Part shown: positions 52,367-64,000 of the stretch, in pieces | How the letters are laid out: each line of letters starts with the position of its first letter | Numbering within the stretch: the first letter of the stretch is position 1 | Assembly: GCF_009914755.1 (NCBI RefSeq) | Contig: NC_060934.1 | Source: the human T2T-CHM13v2.0 reference genome, Homo sapiens | Direction: 5' to 3' (one strand) | DNA: 64,000 nt | Made by a program: the position numbers and the translations under genes | The notes under the pieces: model-generated | What the model was told of the DNA's origin: nothing | Database searches by the model: none | What the model saw: the letters and a program-made list of their open reading frames with translations, nothing else

Positions 52367-53020
52367 TTACATATTGACATAATATTTTTTTGAAAAAGAA
52401 ATATTCCTAAACAACAACAACAAAAAAAACAAAAGAGTGGAAATATATTTTTGCAAGTTTCTTCAGTATATCTTAATGGAAGACAGCTGGATTCTCATGC
52501 CCGCTGCTTCATTCAGTCTAACATGTCAAGTAGCCTCTTGAAAACGCCTCTTCACGGAGGTTGCAGTAAGCCGAGATCGCGCCAATGCACTCCATCTTGG
52601 GTGACAGAGTGAGACTCTGTCTCAAAAAAGAAAACGCCTCTCACTTGTGAGAGAATTAAAGTGAAAAAGTCAAATAAAGTGTTAGAATTATTAAGAAAAC
52701 GGTTGTAGCCCTGCAGACTCTGAAAAGTCTCAGAGGCTCCCAAAGCTCTCTGGACTACTACACTTTGAGAACTGCTGCTGCTTCTCCTTTGATCCTATAA
52801 CTTTGTTGCTTGGGACAACTGCCTTGCTCTGCCTTCTGTCATAGCCTTTTTTATACATCTCTCCATCTTCTCCTGCCTAGGGTCCTTTCTTGTGTGAGGC
52901 AAATAGTCCCCCGGCAGCATCAGCATCGGCCAGTGCCACTGATCTGACAGCTGGTCTGGTAGCTACCAGGAAACTCATGGAGTTAATAATGCAGAGCTGT
53001 TGGTTAAGAGCATAGATTGA

Positions 53021-53371
<351 letters not shown>

Positions 53372-53800
53372 TAAGTAAGGCAATTGCAGTTTGATGTTAG
53401 CAGATGATAGGTTTTTGTTTTATTTGTTTTTCAAAGTAAAAATTGCTTTTTTAAATTATAAAAGCAATATTGGGTAGAAAAAATAAAGCAATAAAGAAAA
53501 GTAAAAAGAAGAAAATAAAAATAATTTCAAATCACACCCCACCAGAAGTGACCATTACCAGTATGTGAGGAACATTCTAGTAAGTGTCATTACATGAAGT
53601 GTGCATTGTTTCGTTCATTTTTTTAAATTATGTGCTCCCGGAAAAAAACTCAAAACTCTGTTTACATCACACTTTGTAATATAAATACATTAATTTTGTT
53701 GTAATTATTCAGCTTTTAGTAAATATTTGATTATTGTGTACCATGGTAGATACTGTGCTTGGTGTGGGTGATGATAAAGATTTCTCACATAAAGACCTTA

Positions 53801-54144
<344 letters not shown>

Positions 54145-54402
54145 TCAGATATTTATCTGCATAAATAATAAAAGGTAGAAAGTAATTCATATTTTAAGAA
54201 GGAACAATTGGGGTTTCATAACTCATGAAGAGTTAAATGAGTTCAAAAGAGGGACATAAAATTTTCTACTTTGGGAGACAGAAAAAATCATGGAAATGTT
54301 CCTTGAAAAATTTTATTCAGAGATGAAGCCAGAAGGAACTCTGGGTTGAGGAGAAGGCATTGGGGAGCCAGCGGTAGGGACTGGAGAGATCTGGAAGCAT
54401 AA

Positions 54403-54699
<297 letters not shown>

Positions 54700-55230
54700 T
54701 AATACTTTTTGATTCTTGAGACTATATACTTTACATGAATTATCTAATTTAATCCTCACTACTCTGAGGTACATACTAAAATCTACCTTGTTTTATAGAA
54801 AACTTAAGTAACTAATCTAGGATCTCACACTAAATAGTTGGTGGGACATGGATTTGAAGTCTGTCCTGCTTTTAAACCTATATTCCTTATAAAGAAGTTT
54901 AAATATATTCTGCAGGCATTGAGAAGCATTGTAAGAATCTCAGCTGGAATGTGATGATGAGGTCTATGTTTTAGGAAGATTAATTTGGCATTCGATAGAC
55001 ATTTTCCTCAGTATAATTTTTTATACATCTGTCTGTGTACCTATTTCAGTCTATAGGCATCAATTCAATAATTAGTGTGATATTTTATTGCATTCATGGG
55101 CCCTAGTGTACTTATCTATTACCTGTTATTGGACATTTGCATTTTGGCAGCAGAATGTAAACCCTTTGTGGTAAATTGGTCTGGATGGATAGAACCTTTA
55201 TGAACTCTTACCATTCTCCATGTATTTTAG

Positions 55231-55302
55231 GAGCAGCAAATGGATTTCTCATGGAAGTTTGTGTTGATTCAGTGGAATCAGCTGTGAATGCAGAAAGAGG
55301 AG
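55231..55302 (+). CDS. CUTC: CUTC exon 2 (GAANGFLMEVCVDSVESAVNAERG)
   Basis: ttttag| and |gtaaga; CutC EVC motif. Confidence 0.96.
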
Positions 55303-55734
55303 GTAAGAGAAATCAGATAGTGAATGACCGTTGGCTACCCTTTTAAGAGTCTGAAAATTAATCCTGTGTGCTTATCTCAGAAGCCCTTGTGATCTCTAAG
55401 CATCCCTCATAATGCTTTCAGAAACAACCAATTAGAAACCCTACTGGAAAATTATGATCTAGTCTCTCCCTCTCCCCAAGTGGGTCACATTTTAAGTCAA
55501 GTGTCGACAATAGTACTTACTCAATGACTTGATTTTTTATTGAACTTAGCAAAATTTTAATTTTTTTAAACCATTAACTTAAAGATGACTTCAGAGACTT
55601 CATCATGAGGAATTTTATCTTTTTTACTTTTGAACATTATCTATTTTTCCCTCAAAGTTTCTGTTGTACTCTGAACCTGTTTTAATGGGAAGCACAGACA
55701 TTTCCATCATCTCAGGTTCAGAAAAATTAAAAAA

Positions 55735-57369
55735 AAATTTTATTATGGAAAAATAAACATATACAAAAGTAGAGCAAATAGGATAATGAAGCCCCATGTA
55801 TGCATCACTCATCTTCACCCATTTTCAACACATGGCCAGTTTTTCATTTATTTCAGGGGTCAATAAACTTTTTCTGTGAAGAGCTGCATAGTATATATAT
55901 TTTCAGCCTTGCTGGACACATTTGATCTTTATCACTTATTTTATTTTTAAAATGTTTGAAAATGTAAACATCAGCCGGGTGCAGTGGCTTACACCTGTAA
56001 TCCCAGTAATTGGAGAGGCTGAGGCTGCCAGATCACTTGAGCTCATGAGTTCGACACCAGCCCAGGCAACATGGCAAAACCCTGTCTCAACAAAAAATAG
56101 AAAAATTAGCCAAGCGTGGTGGTGAGCACCTGTAGTCCCAGCTACTTGGGAGGCTAAGGTGGGAGGATCACTTGAGTCCAGGAGGCAGAGGCTGAAGTGA
56201 GCCAGTCACACCACTGCACTCTAGCCTGGGTGACACAGCCAGATCTTGTCTAAAAAAAAAAAAAAAGTTAAAAAAATCCTTCTTACTTTGGCAATAGAAA
56301 AGAATGAAGTACTGATACATGCTATAATATAGATGAATCTTGAAATATTATTCTAAGTGAAAGAAACCAGTGGAAGAAAATACAACATATGATTCCATTT
56401 ATATATATCCAAAATAGGTAAGTTTATGTAGACAGAAAGTAGATTAATAGTTGCTTAGGGCTGAGAGGCATGAGAAGGGTAGGTGACTGCTAAAGGGTGT
56501 AGGGTTGTTTTGGGGATGATGAAAATGTTCTAAAATTACTTGTGGAGATGGTTGCAAAACTCTGTGTATATACTAAAGAGTACTGAATTGTACACTTTTA
56601 AATGGGTGAATTGTATTAGTGAATTATATGTCCATAAAGCTGTTGTTTTTCAAAAAGAATACAAAAACATTCTTAGTTTGCAGGCCATAGCCAAAACAAG
56701 CTATGTGCCCATAGCCCACATGCCATGGTTTGCTGACCCCTGATTTATAGTCCTACCTTCCTCTCCCAACCTCAGATTACTTTGAAGCAAATCCCAGACA
56801 TCATGTTAATTTTAAATATTTCAGTGTGTGTCTCTAAAAAATAAAGACTTGCCGGGCGCGGTGGCTCACACCTGTAATCCCAGCACTTTGGGAGGCCGAG
56901 GCGGGCGGATCACCTGAGGTCGGGAGTTCGAGACCAGCCTCAACATGGAGAAACCCCGTCTCTACTAAAAAATACAAAATTAGCTGGGCGTGGTAGTGCA
57001 TGCCTGTAATCCCAGCTACTCGGGAAGCTGAGGCAGGAGAATTGCTTGAACCTGGGAGGCGGAGGTTGCGTGAGCCGAGATCACGCCATTGCACTCCAGC
57101 CTGGGCAATAAGAGCAAAACTCCGTCTCAAAAAAAAAAAAAATAAGGACTCTTTTTTTGTTGTTTAAGTTCTTTATTGTTTTCAAAGGCCTAGTATGCAT
57201 ACATATATAAGAAATCCATAAATAATGTGGAATTATTAATGTATATTGTTTAAGATAAGGTCCCTTTTAAAGAACAAAACACCACAATGTCACTAACACA
57301 CCTTTAAAAAAATCATTTCTTAATATCGTCAAATAACCCAGTTTTCAGATTTCTCCAGTTGACTCATAC

Positions 57370-57414
<45 letters not shown>

Positions 57415-58240
57415 AGTTCTTTGAATCAAGAGCCAAACATTTCATTTGTTTTATATGCCTCTTAAGTCTCTTTAAATCTGTAAGTTTCTCCTGCTTTTTT
57501 CTTTAATTCTTTGTTTACTTTCTTAAGATTTATTTGTTAAGCAACTGTGATATTCATCTTTTAGAGTATCCCATACTCTCAATTTTGCTAATTATATGTG
57601 TGATATCGTTTAACATAGTCCTCGGACCACTGTATTTCCTATAAAGGTAGTTAGCCCAGAGGCCTAATCAGATTCAGATTTCAGTTTTGACAAAATTTAT
57701 TTATAGATAACATTATATACTTCCTGTTGCATCACATCAGGAGGACATAACATGTTGGTTTTTTTCTGTTTTTGTGATATTAAGATTGAACAGGGAGTTC
57801 AGGTATTGCCAGCCTAATCTATCCTTAAGGTTTTCTGTCAGCTTTTCACCTAATAAATTTAGCAACCCATATTTTAGTAGGGGTTGCAAAATGGTGACAT
57901 TTATTTTTCACTTATGAACTAGAATAGTTCTGTAAAGAACTTTCCCTCATCCTCTGTTTGGTTATGCTGAAGTATGGTTTGTATAAGAAAGGCAGAATAA
58001 ATGCTTGCTTATTTTCCCTTATTTATTATAATACTTTTTAGAATAATGAATTTGTTCTCTGTCTTCCCTTGAATTGTTTTGTCATTATGAATCTAGATTT
58101 AGATATATTTTGTGTGTTTTAATCCATTGTAGTTATTCTGCTTATTGATGAACAAAATGTTCTATCTTTGGCTAGTGAGAGCTTCTTCAAACTGGTTCCT
58201 GAGATCTTTTGATGTGACCTTGGTAGCCTAATAATTCTTT
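55735..58240 (-). mobile_element. L1MC-type fragment with nested MER58, AluJ (55973-56266), L1MB piece (56290-56650) and AluS (56850-57141)
   Basis: caggggtcaataaact...ggtttgctgacccctg MER58 termini; L1 and Alu consensus segments. Confidence 0.7.
57373..57412. repeat. (GT)n microsatellite
   Basis: About 20 GT units. Confidence 0.95.
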
Positions 58241-58694
58241 TGGTTTCAGCATTTTCTTATTCTTGAAATTATCTTGGTTTAGCTACTCAATAGTAGCTTT
58301 GTGTTTTTTAAAGCTTAGAATAATAAAGACCCTTTTGGGAAATATTATGTTATTTTCTTATCAACAAAGACTCAGTATTCCACTATAGTCAGTTTTAAGA
58401 AACATCTTTATTCTATGTTACTTTCCTGTACATAGAGAGGCAACCCTATAATACAAAAATTTAAGAGAACTAGCTTAACTTTAATTAATTTTTAAATTTG
58501 AGTATGAGTAACACAATGTGGGCTGCAGAGTATAGCTGAGTTAAAAACAGAGTTTTACTCTAGCTTTATAATTTGATTTCTCTGAGATGATTTCTAAGAC
58601 TGTTCTATATTTGGAAAAAATATATATAAACAGGTTGCTGTTTAATAACAGCTTATTTTTTAAAAATGTGTTGAGCAATGCTTTTATATTACAG

Positions 58695-58754
58695 GTGCTG
58701 ATCGGATTGAATTATGTTCTGGTTTATCAGAGGGGGGAACTACACCCAGCATGG
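58695..58754 (+). CDS. CUTC: CUTC exon 3 (GADRIELCSGLSEGGTTPSM)
   Basis: ttacag| and |gtaagt; CutC GADRIELC...GGxTPS motif. Confidence 0.97.
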
Positions 58755-59039
58755 GTAAGTGTCCATTTTTCCCAGGTTTTCTGATTGGAGTTCATAGAGC
58801 CTGGAAGCAACTGATAATCAGTTTCGTTGGGGTCCTTTACTAATGTCATGTTAACTATGTTATGGATGTTGTATCAGAAATGTTTATGATTGTAAAAAAA
58901 TCAAAGATTTGATCAAACATATTTCTTTCTCACATCAAAAAGTTGAAAGGTAGGTAGGTAATTGTTAATACCGGTTCAGCTGCTCTGTAGTAACATCAAG
59001 GATTAGGCTTTTATAAAATCTTTCCATGCTGGCATCCTT

Positions 59040-61265
59040 AGTATATTGAAATCCCCTCCTGGTCTTTGTGCTATTGTTGTCATATATTTTACTCATACAT
59101 ATATCAAAAACTCCATGCTGTATTGTTAGTTTTGTTTGAAGAGTCAATTATCTTTTGTTAAATAAGAGATTTAAATAATAAGAAAAAAATCATATATTTA
59201 CCCACATGCAACTACCATTTCTGGTGTTCTTTATTCCTTTGTGTAGATCCCGTATTTCTGTCTGGTTTCATTTTCATTCTGCCTGAAGTACTTTCTTTAA
59301 CTTTTTTTGTTAAAAAGTATGCTAGTGATTCATTCCTTCAGCTTTTATATGTCTAAAATAGCTTTTTCCTTCATTTTTGAAAGGTATTTTTGCTGGGTAT
59401 AGAATTCTAGGTTGACAGGTTTTTTTTTCTTTGAAGATGTTTTTCCATTGTCGTCTTGCTTGTATTGTTTCTGACAAAAAGCTATCATCCATATCTTTGT
59501 TTTTCTCTATGTAATATGTCTCTTTTTTCTACCTACTTTTAAGATTTTTTTATTATTGGTTTTGAACAATTTTCTTATGGTGTACCTGAGTATAGTTTTT
59601 TCATGTTTCTTGGACCTGTGCATTTATACTTCTCATCACATTTGGAAAATTTTCACCTTGCAGCTTGTTCTCCACTCCCTCCTTTAGAGACTTAAGCTGT
59701 TCTTACATTAGACTACTTGAAATTGTCCCAAAAGTCACTGATGAACTTCTCTATTTAAAAGAAAATCTCCTTTCTGTGTTTTCATTTTGCATAGTTGCTA
59801 TTGTTTTGTCCTTGAGCTTACTGACCTTTTCTTCTGCACTATCTAATCTGCTATTAGTCTCTCCTGGTATGTTTTCATCTCATACATTGTAGTCTTCATC
59901 TGTAGAAATTTGAGTCTTTTTATGTCTCTGATGTCTCTTAACTTTTTTGAACATGTGGAATAAAGTTATGATAGCTGTTATAATGACCTTGTCTGCGAAT
60001 TCTAACATCTATATCAGTTCTGGGTTTGTTTCATTTGATTTATCATCTAATAATATATCTTATTTTCCTGCCTTGTAATTTTTTATTGGATGCAAGACAT
60101 TGTGAATTTTACTTTATTGCTTACTAGACATTTTTGAATTCCTACAAATGTTCCAAAACAGTTTGGTCCTTTTGGGTCTTGCTTTTAAGATTTGCTGGGC
60201 AAGTCTGGAGCAGTGGTTAATACAGAGCTAATTATTCCTTACTACTGAGTCAGGATTCTTCTGTGAACTCTACCCTGTGACCATGAATTTTGAAATTTTC
60301 CTGTCTGGCTGGTGGAATAGGCATTATTCACAGCTTGGTATGAATGACAGGCACATTATTTCTAATCCTTTTTATTGGTTCTGTCCCAGGCCTTGCGTAG
60401 TTTCTTTGCATGCATGCACCGGTCAGTACTCAGCTGAATATTAAAGGAGGTTCTCTGCAGACCTCCAGAGTTATCTGTCTTCCTTTCTTCTTTCATTCCT
60501 TCCTTTCCTTTCTTTTCTTTCCTTCTCCTTTTCTCTCTCTTTGCTTTCCTTCCTTCCTTTTTTTCTTTTGACAGGGTCTCACCTGTTGTCCAGGCTTGAC
60601 TGAAGTGGTGTGACCATAGCTCCCTACAGCCTCAAACTCCTGGGCTCAAGCAATTGTCCTGCCTCAGCCTCTCAAGTAGCTAGGATTACAGGCATATGCC
60701 ACCATGTCCAGCTACATTTGTTTGTTTGTTTGTTTGGTAGAGATGGAGTCTCACCATTTTACCCAGACTGGTCTTGAACTCCTTGCCTCAGGCAATCCAC
60801 CCATCTCAGCCTCCCAAAGCACTGGGATTACAGGCATGAGCCACCGTACCAAGCCTATCTTTTTTAAAAAAAATCCTTTTTTTAAACCATTGAGATAGTC
60901 TTTGCTACTCCAGTGTTATCTTTCTGTCCTCCCTGTACTGTCTCCTATAAACTCTAGCTACTTCAGTCTTCCTGAACTCTAAGCTTTGTCTCCTTAACTC
61001 AGGGAATTGTTTTGGCTCCATGTGGGTCCCCCATCCCTGTGCTTTGGCCTAGAAACTCTCAAGGCAGTAAATTGGGTCAATCAGAATTGACTTACTAACT
61101 TCATTGTTTACCATTTTCAAGGATCATTGCCCTTCACTGCTTAATGTCCAGTGTCTTGCAAACCACTGTTTCATATATTTTGTCTGTTTTTTTATTATTA
61201 TTATTATTATAGGTGGGAGGGTAAATCCAGTCACTGTTACCCTGTCTTGGCCAAAAGCAGAAGTC
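59040..61265 (-). mobile_element. Old L1M containing AluJ 60550-60855 with a CT-rich tail
   Basis: Antisense L1 motifs (ttttgctgggtatagaattctaggttgacag). Confidence 0.7.
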
Positions 61266-62135
61266 TGTGTATGAATTGTGGTCTCCTAAGTTATGCTACT
61301 CTGAGGTTGATAATAGCATTATTTAATGTAAAAAGTTTGTATACACAACAGCCCTTTGGAATCTTCACATGAAAAGAGGGCATTCCTGGCCATTCTAAAA
61401 TCCCTAGAGCATGTCTGTAAATTTGAGTACAGTCTGTTTTTGTAACACCAATTATGATTCATTGCTTAGTATTGGACAACTGCTATCCTATGCAAAATTG
61501 GAGTTCTTTTAGCAAGAAAAAAGAAAGAAATTCATACTGGGTAAACAACTGATGGGGCCTGTCACAGCCTTATACTATTGATGGTTTATGAGCTAGCCAC
61601 TTATTATGGCATATTTAGGTACTTTTATGCATAGATCTCTGCATAAAATCACAAATAAGTAGAACTTTGCTCCCTTTCACGTATCTTGTTTAAAAAAAAA
61701 AAAAAAGGTTTTGCTAAATGTCTTTGCCCATTAAAGGAATATGAACTTTGAAGCTATTTAACCATCTCTCCAGTAGGTTTTAAATAGAGCTGTAATGAAT
61801 TAGAAAGAAGAAATTGGATCTTGGGGAATAATGTACTGGCAGAACATCGAGCCTGGTAGTTATTGCACTTTCAAATGTCACATACCAATAAAAGGGTTCT
61901 GAGTCATAAGGATTTTTGTTGAGTCAACTGACAAGTGCTTTTAAATTGTAGCATCTTCTATTTTCTAAATCGTTCTATTTAACCCTTTGCTATTACTTAC
62001 CTTCTACCATATATACATTTTTCTTCTCAGTGTCTGTCCTACCTTTTAGAGCCATCTTTGTCTGGTAAATGACCAATAATATATCATTGGCTTTTAGCTC
62101 ACATTTGAATTTTAATCTGCTTTCTTTTCTTGTAG

Positions 62136-62345
62136 GTGTCCTTCAAGTAGTGAAGCAGAGTGTTCAGATCCCAGTTTTTGTGATGATTCGGCCACGGGGA
62201 GGTGATTTTTTGTATTCAGATCGTGAAATTGAGGTGATGAAGGCTGACATTCGTCTTGCCAAGCTTTATGGTGCTGATGGTTTGGTTTTTGGGGCATTGA
62301 CTGAAGATGGACACATTGACAAAGAGCTGTGTATGTCCCTTATGG
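62136..62345 (+). CDS. CUTC: CUTC exon 4 (GVLQVVKQ...MIRPRGGDFLY...CMSLM)
   Basis: ORF 62069..62380; IRPRGGDF motif; ttgtag| and |gtaaga. Confidence 0.97.
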
Positions 62346-63019
62346 GTAAGAATTTGTATCTAAGACGTAAAAGCCTCTAATGATAATTGTATTTATGCTC
62401 ACAATATAGAAAAACAACATCACAAAACTGACTTTGCGGTCATAGCTACAGACACTTATACTAACCTAAGTATTTCAAATAGTAGTTATTTAGATGTTTG
62501 GGGTGGGGTGTATGTGTGGCAAAGCCTTCTTAACTCTCCTCAATTGCTATAGATTAGGCTCCGCTACTGTTCCCATAGAATAGAAATTTAAGGGAAATTT
62601 ACCATGGTTCCTTTAACCACTGCACCAAGAACTTCAAAAGTATTATAGTTGGTGAGGATGGACCACCAAGTTGGAAGATGCAAAGAGGACAGAAGCAAAC
62701 TACCTATGTTACTAAACCAAAGTACTTATTGAATGACCTCAGAGGGACAAGTATTAGATGTAATGCTGCCCTTATAGTTGTCAGATTAAATGGTTTTCAT
62801 TTGGTGATAAGCCACGACCATTTTTTTGTATAAAAATCAGAGATTTGTGGAAAGATAAGACTTTTGAATTTGTAAGGCTGCCATTTTATTATTATGTCAG
62901 TTTACTGTCTTGTTAGGCGAAGAAAGTATTAAAAAGTTTCAGCTAACATGGAGAATTCTATATATAGTAATCAGTGATGACATCTTCATTCATGTTGTTA
63001 TATGACTTTCTTTTTATAG

Positions 63020-63055
63020 CTATTTGCCGCCCTCTGCCAGTCACTTTCCACCGAG
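63020..63055 (+). CDS. CUTC: CUTC exon 5 (AICRPLPVTFHR); the gene continues beyond the window
   Basis: ttatag| and |gtgagt; start of the TFHRAFD motif. Confidence 0.95.
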
Positions 63056-63734
63056 GTGAGTCATTTTCATTTTAAAAGTTCTATTGAACAGTGTTAGTTT
63101 TCTAATTTCAACAACTGCCACCACCTTTTTATGGAACACAATTCTGTAGTGTTCCAAGGTTACCAATTGGTTTTTTAGATCCTAGGACTAAAAGTTATAA
63201 AAGTAGAGATGTGCAATTTCTAGAAAATTTGAAGCCTTAGTTATGAAAAGTTGTTAAAAGTGGGTGTAGGTGGTGGTGGGATATAAGAGAGCGAGGGAGA
63301 GAGCAAGTATTGCCTTCAAGTGTGTGTACCTATCATAGCATTCCAAGCAAGAATCCTGAGACTCATTTTAACTGAGACTGTATTAGGTCATGTGCAACCC
63401 CAAAAGAATAAATTGTTGTGGCTGGTGAAATGAAAGGTACTGTCTATCTTAAGCCAGGCAAAACCATCCCTGGGGCTAGCAGTGAGGTGGGGTTTCACAG
63501 ATAGAGACTTCTTAAGGGGAGAGAAAGTTGGGTATCTGGAGAAGAATTGGGTCTTATTAGGAAGGGAGAAAGGAGAAACAGATGCAATCTAGTGTTGACT
63601 ATCTAGTCAATGAACAGATGTCCACAATAGTATACAAAATTATTTTTCATTATAGCTTGTCTGCACCACAGTGATTTTTTAATGTGATACTTTCTTGTAA
63701 AGAAATATTTCCTGTAAAAAATCAGGTAGATATA

Positions 63735-64000
63735 ATTTTTTTTGTTTGTTTGTTTGAGACGGAGTCTCGCTCTGTCGCCTAGGCTGGAGTGCAGTCGCGC
63801 GATCCGGCTCACTACAACCTCTGCCTCCCGGGTTCAAGCAGTTCTCTGCCTCAGCCTCCCGAGTAGCTGGGATTACAGGCGCCTGCCACCATGCCCAGCT
63901 AATTTTTGGATTTTTAGTAGAAACAGGGTTTCACCATCTTGGCCAGGCTGGTCTTTAACTCCTGACCTCGTGATCCACCCGCCTTGGTCTCCCAAAGTGC
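63735..64000 (-). mobile_element. AluS (cut by the window end)
   Basis: Alu consensus. Confidence 0.9.

Overview
Human genomic DNA (the chr10q24 ENTPD7-COX15-CUTC locus, recognised from the spliced protein sequences). In order it contains: (1) the last 8 coding exons and the ~6.5 kb 3'UTR of ENTPD7 (+); (2) the complete COX15 heme A synthase gene (-), 9 coding exons giving 410 aa, plus an alternative terminal coding exon giving 388 aa; (3) a CpG-island bidirectional promoter; (4) CUTC exons 1-5 (+). A decayed processed pseudogene of EBAG9/RCAS1 lies antisense in an ENTPD7 intron. The rest is repeat-rich (about 40 Alus, old L1/L2/CR1, MIR, hAT and Tigger elements, one MaLR LTR), and most short ORFs in the track are Alu or L1 artefacts. 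I found no wholly new gene system. The most unusual items are: the COX15 isoform-2 C-terminus looks like an exonised CR1/L3 reverse-transcriptase relic read in its original frame; a ~170 bp locally templated insertion interrupts the EBAG9 pseudogene; the ENTPD7 and COX15 3' ends appear to overlap, with an LTR-derived poly(A) signal that could avoid the overlap; and a MIR with an intact B-box and a T6 terminator sits just inside CUTC intron 1. Exon coordinates were read by hand from GT/AG boundaries. Repeat boundaries and subfamily calls are approximate.
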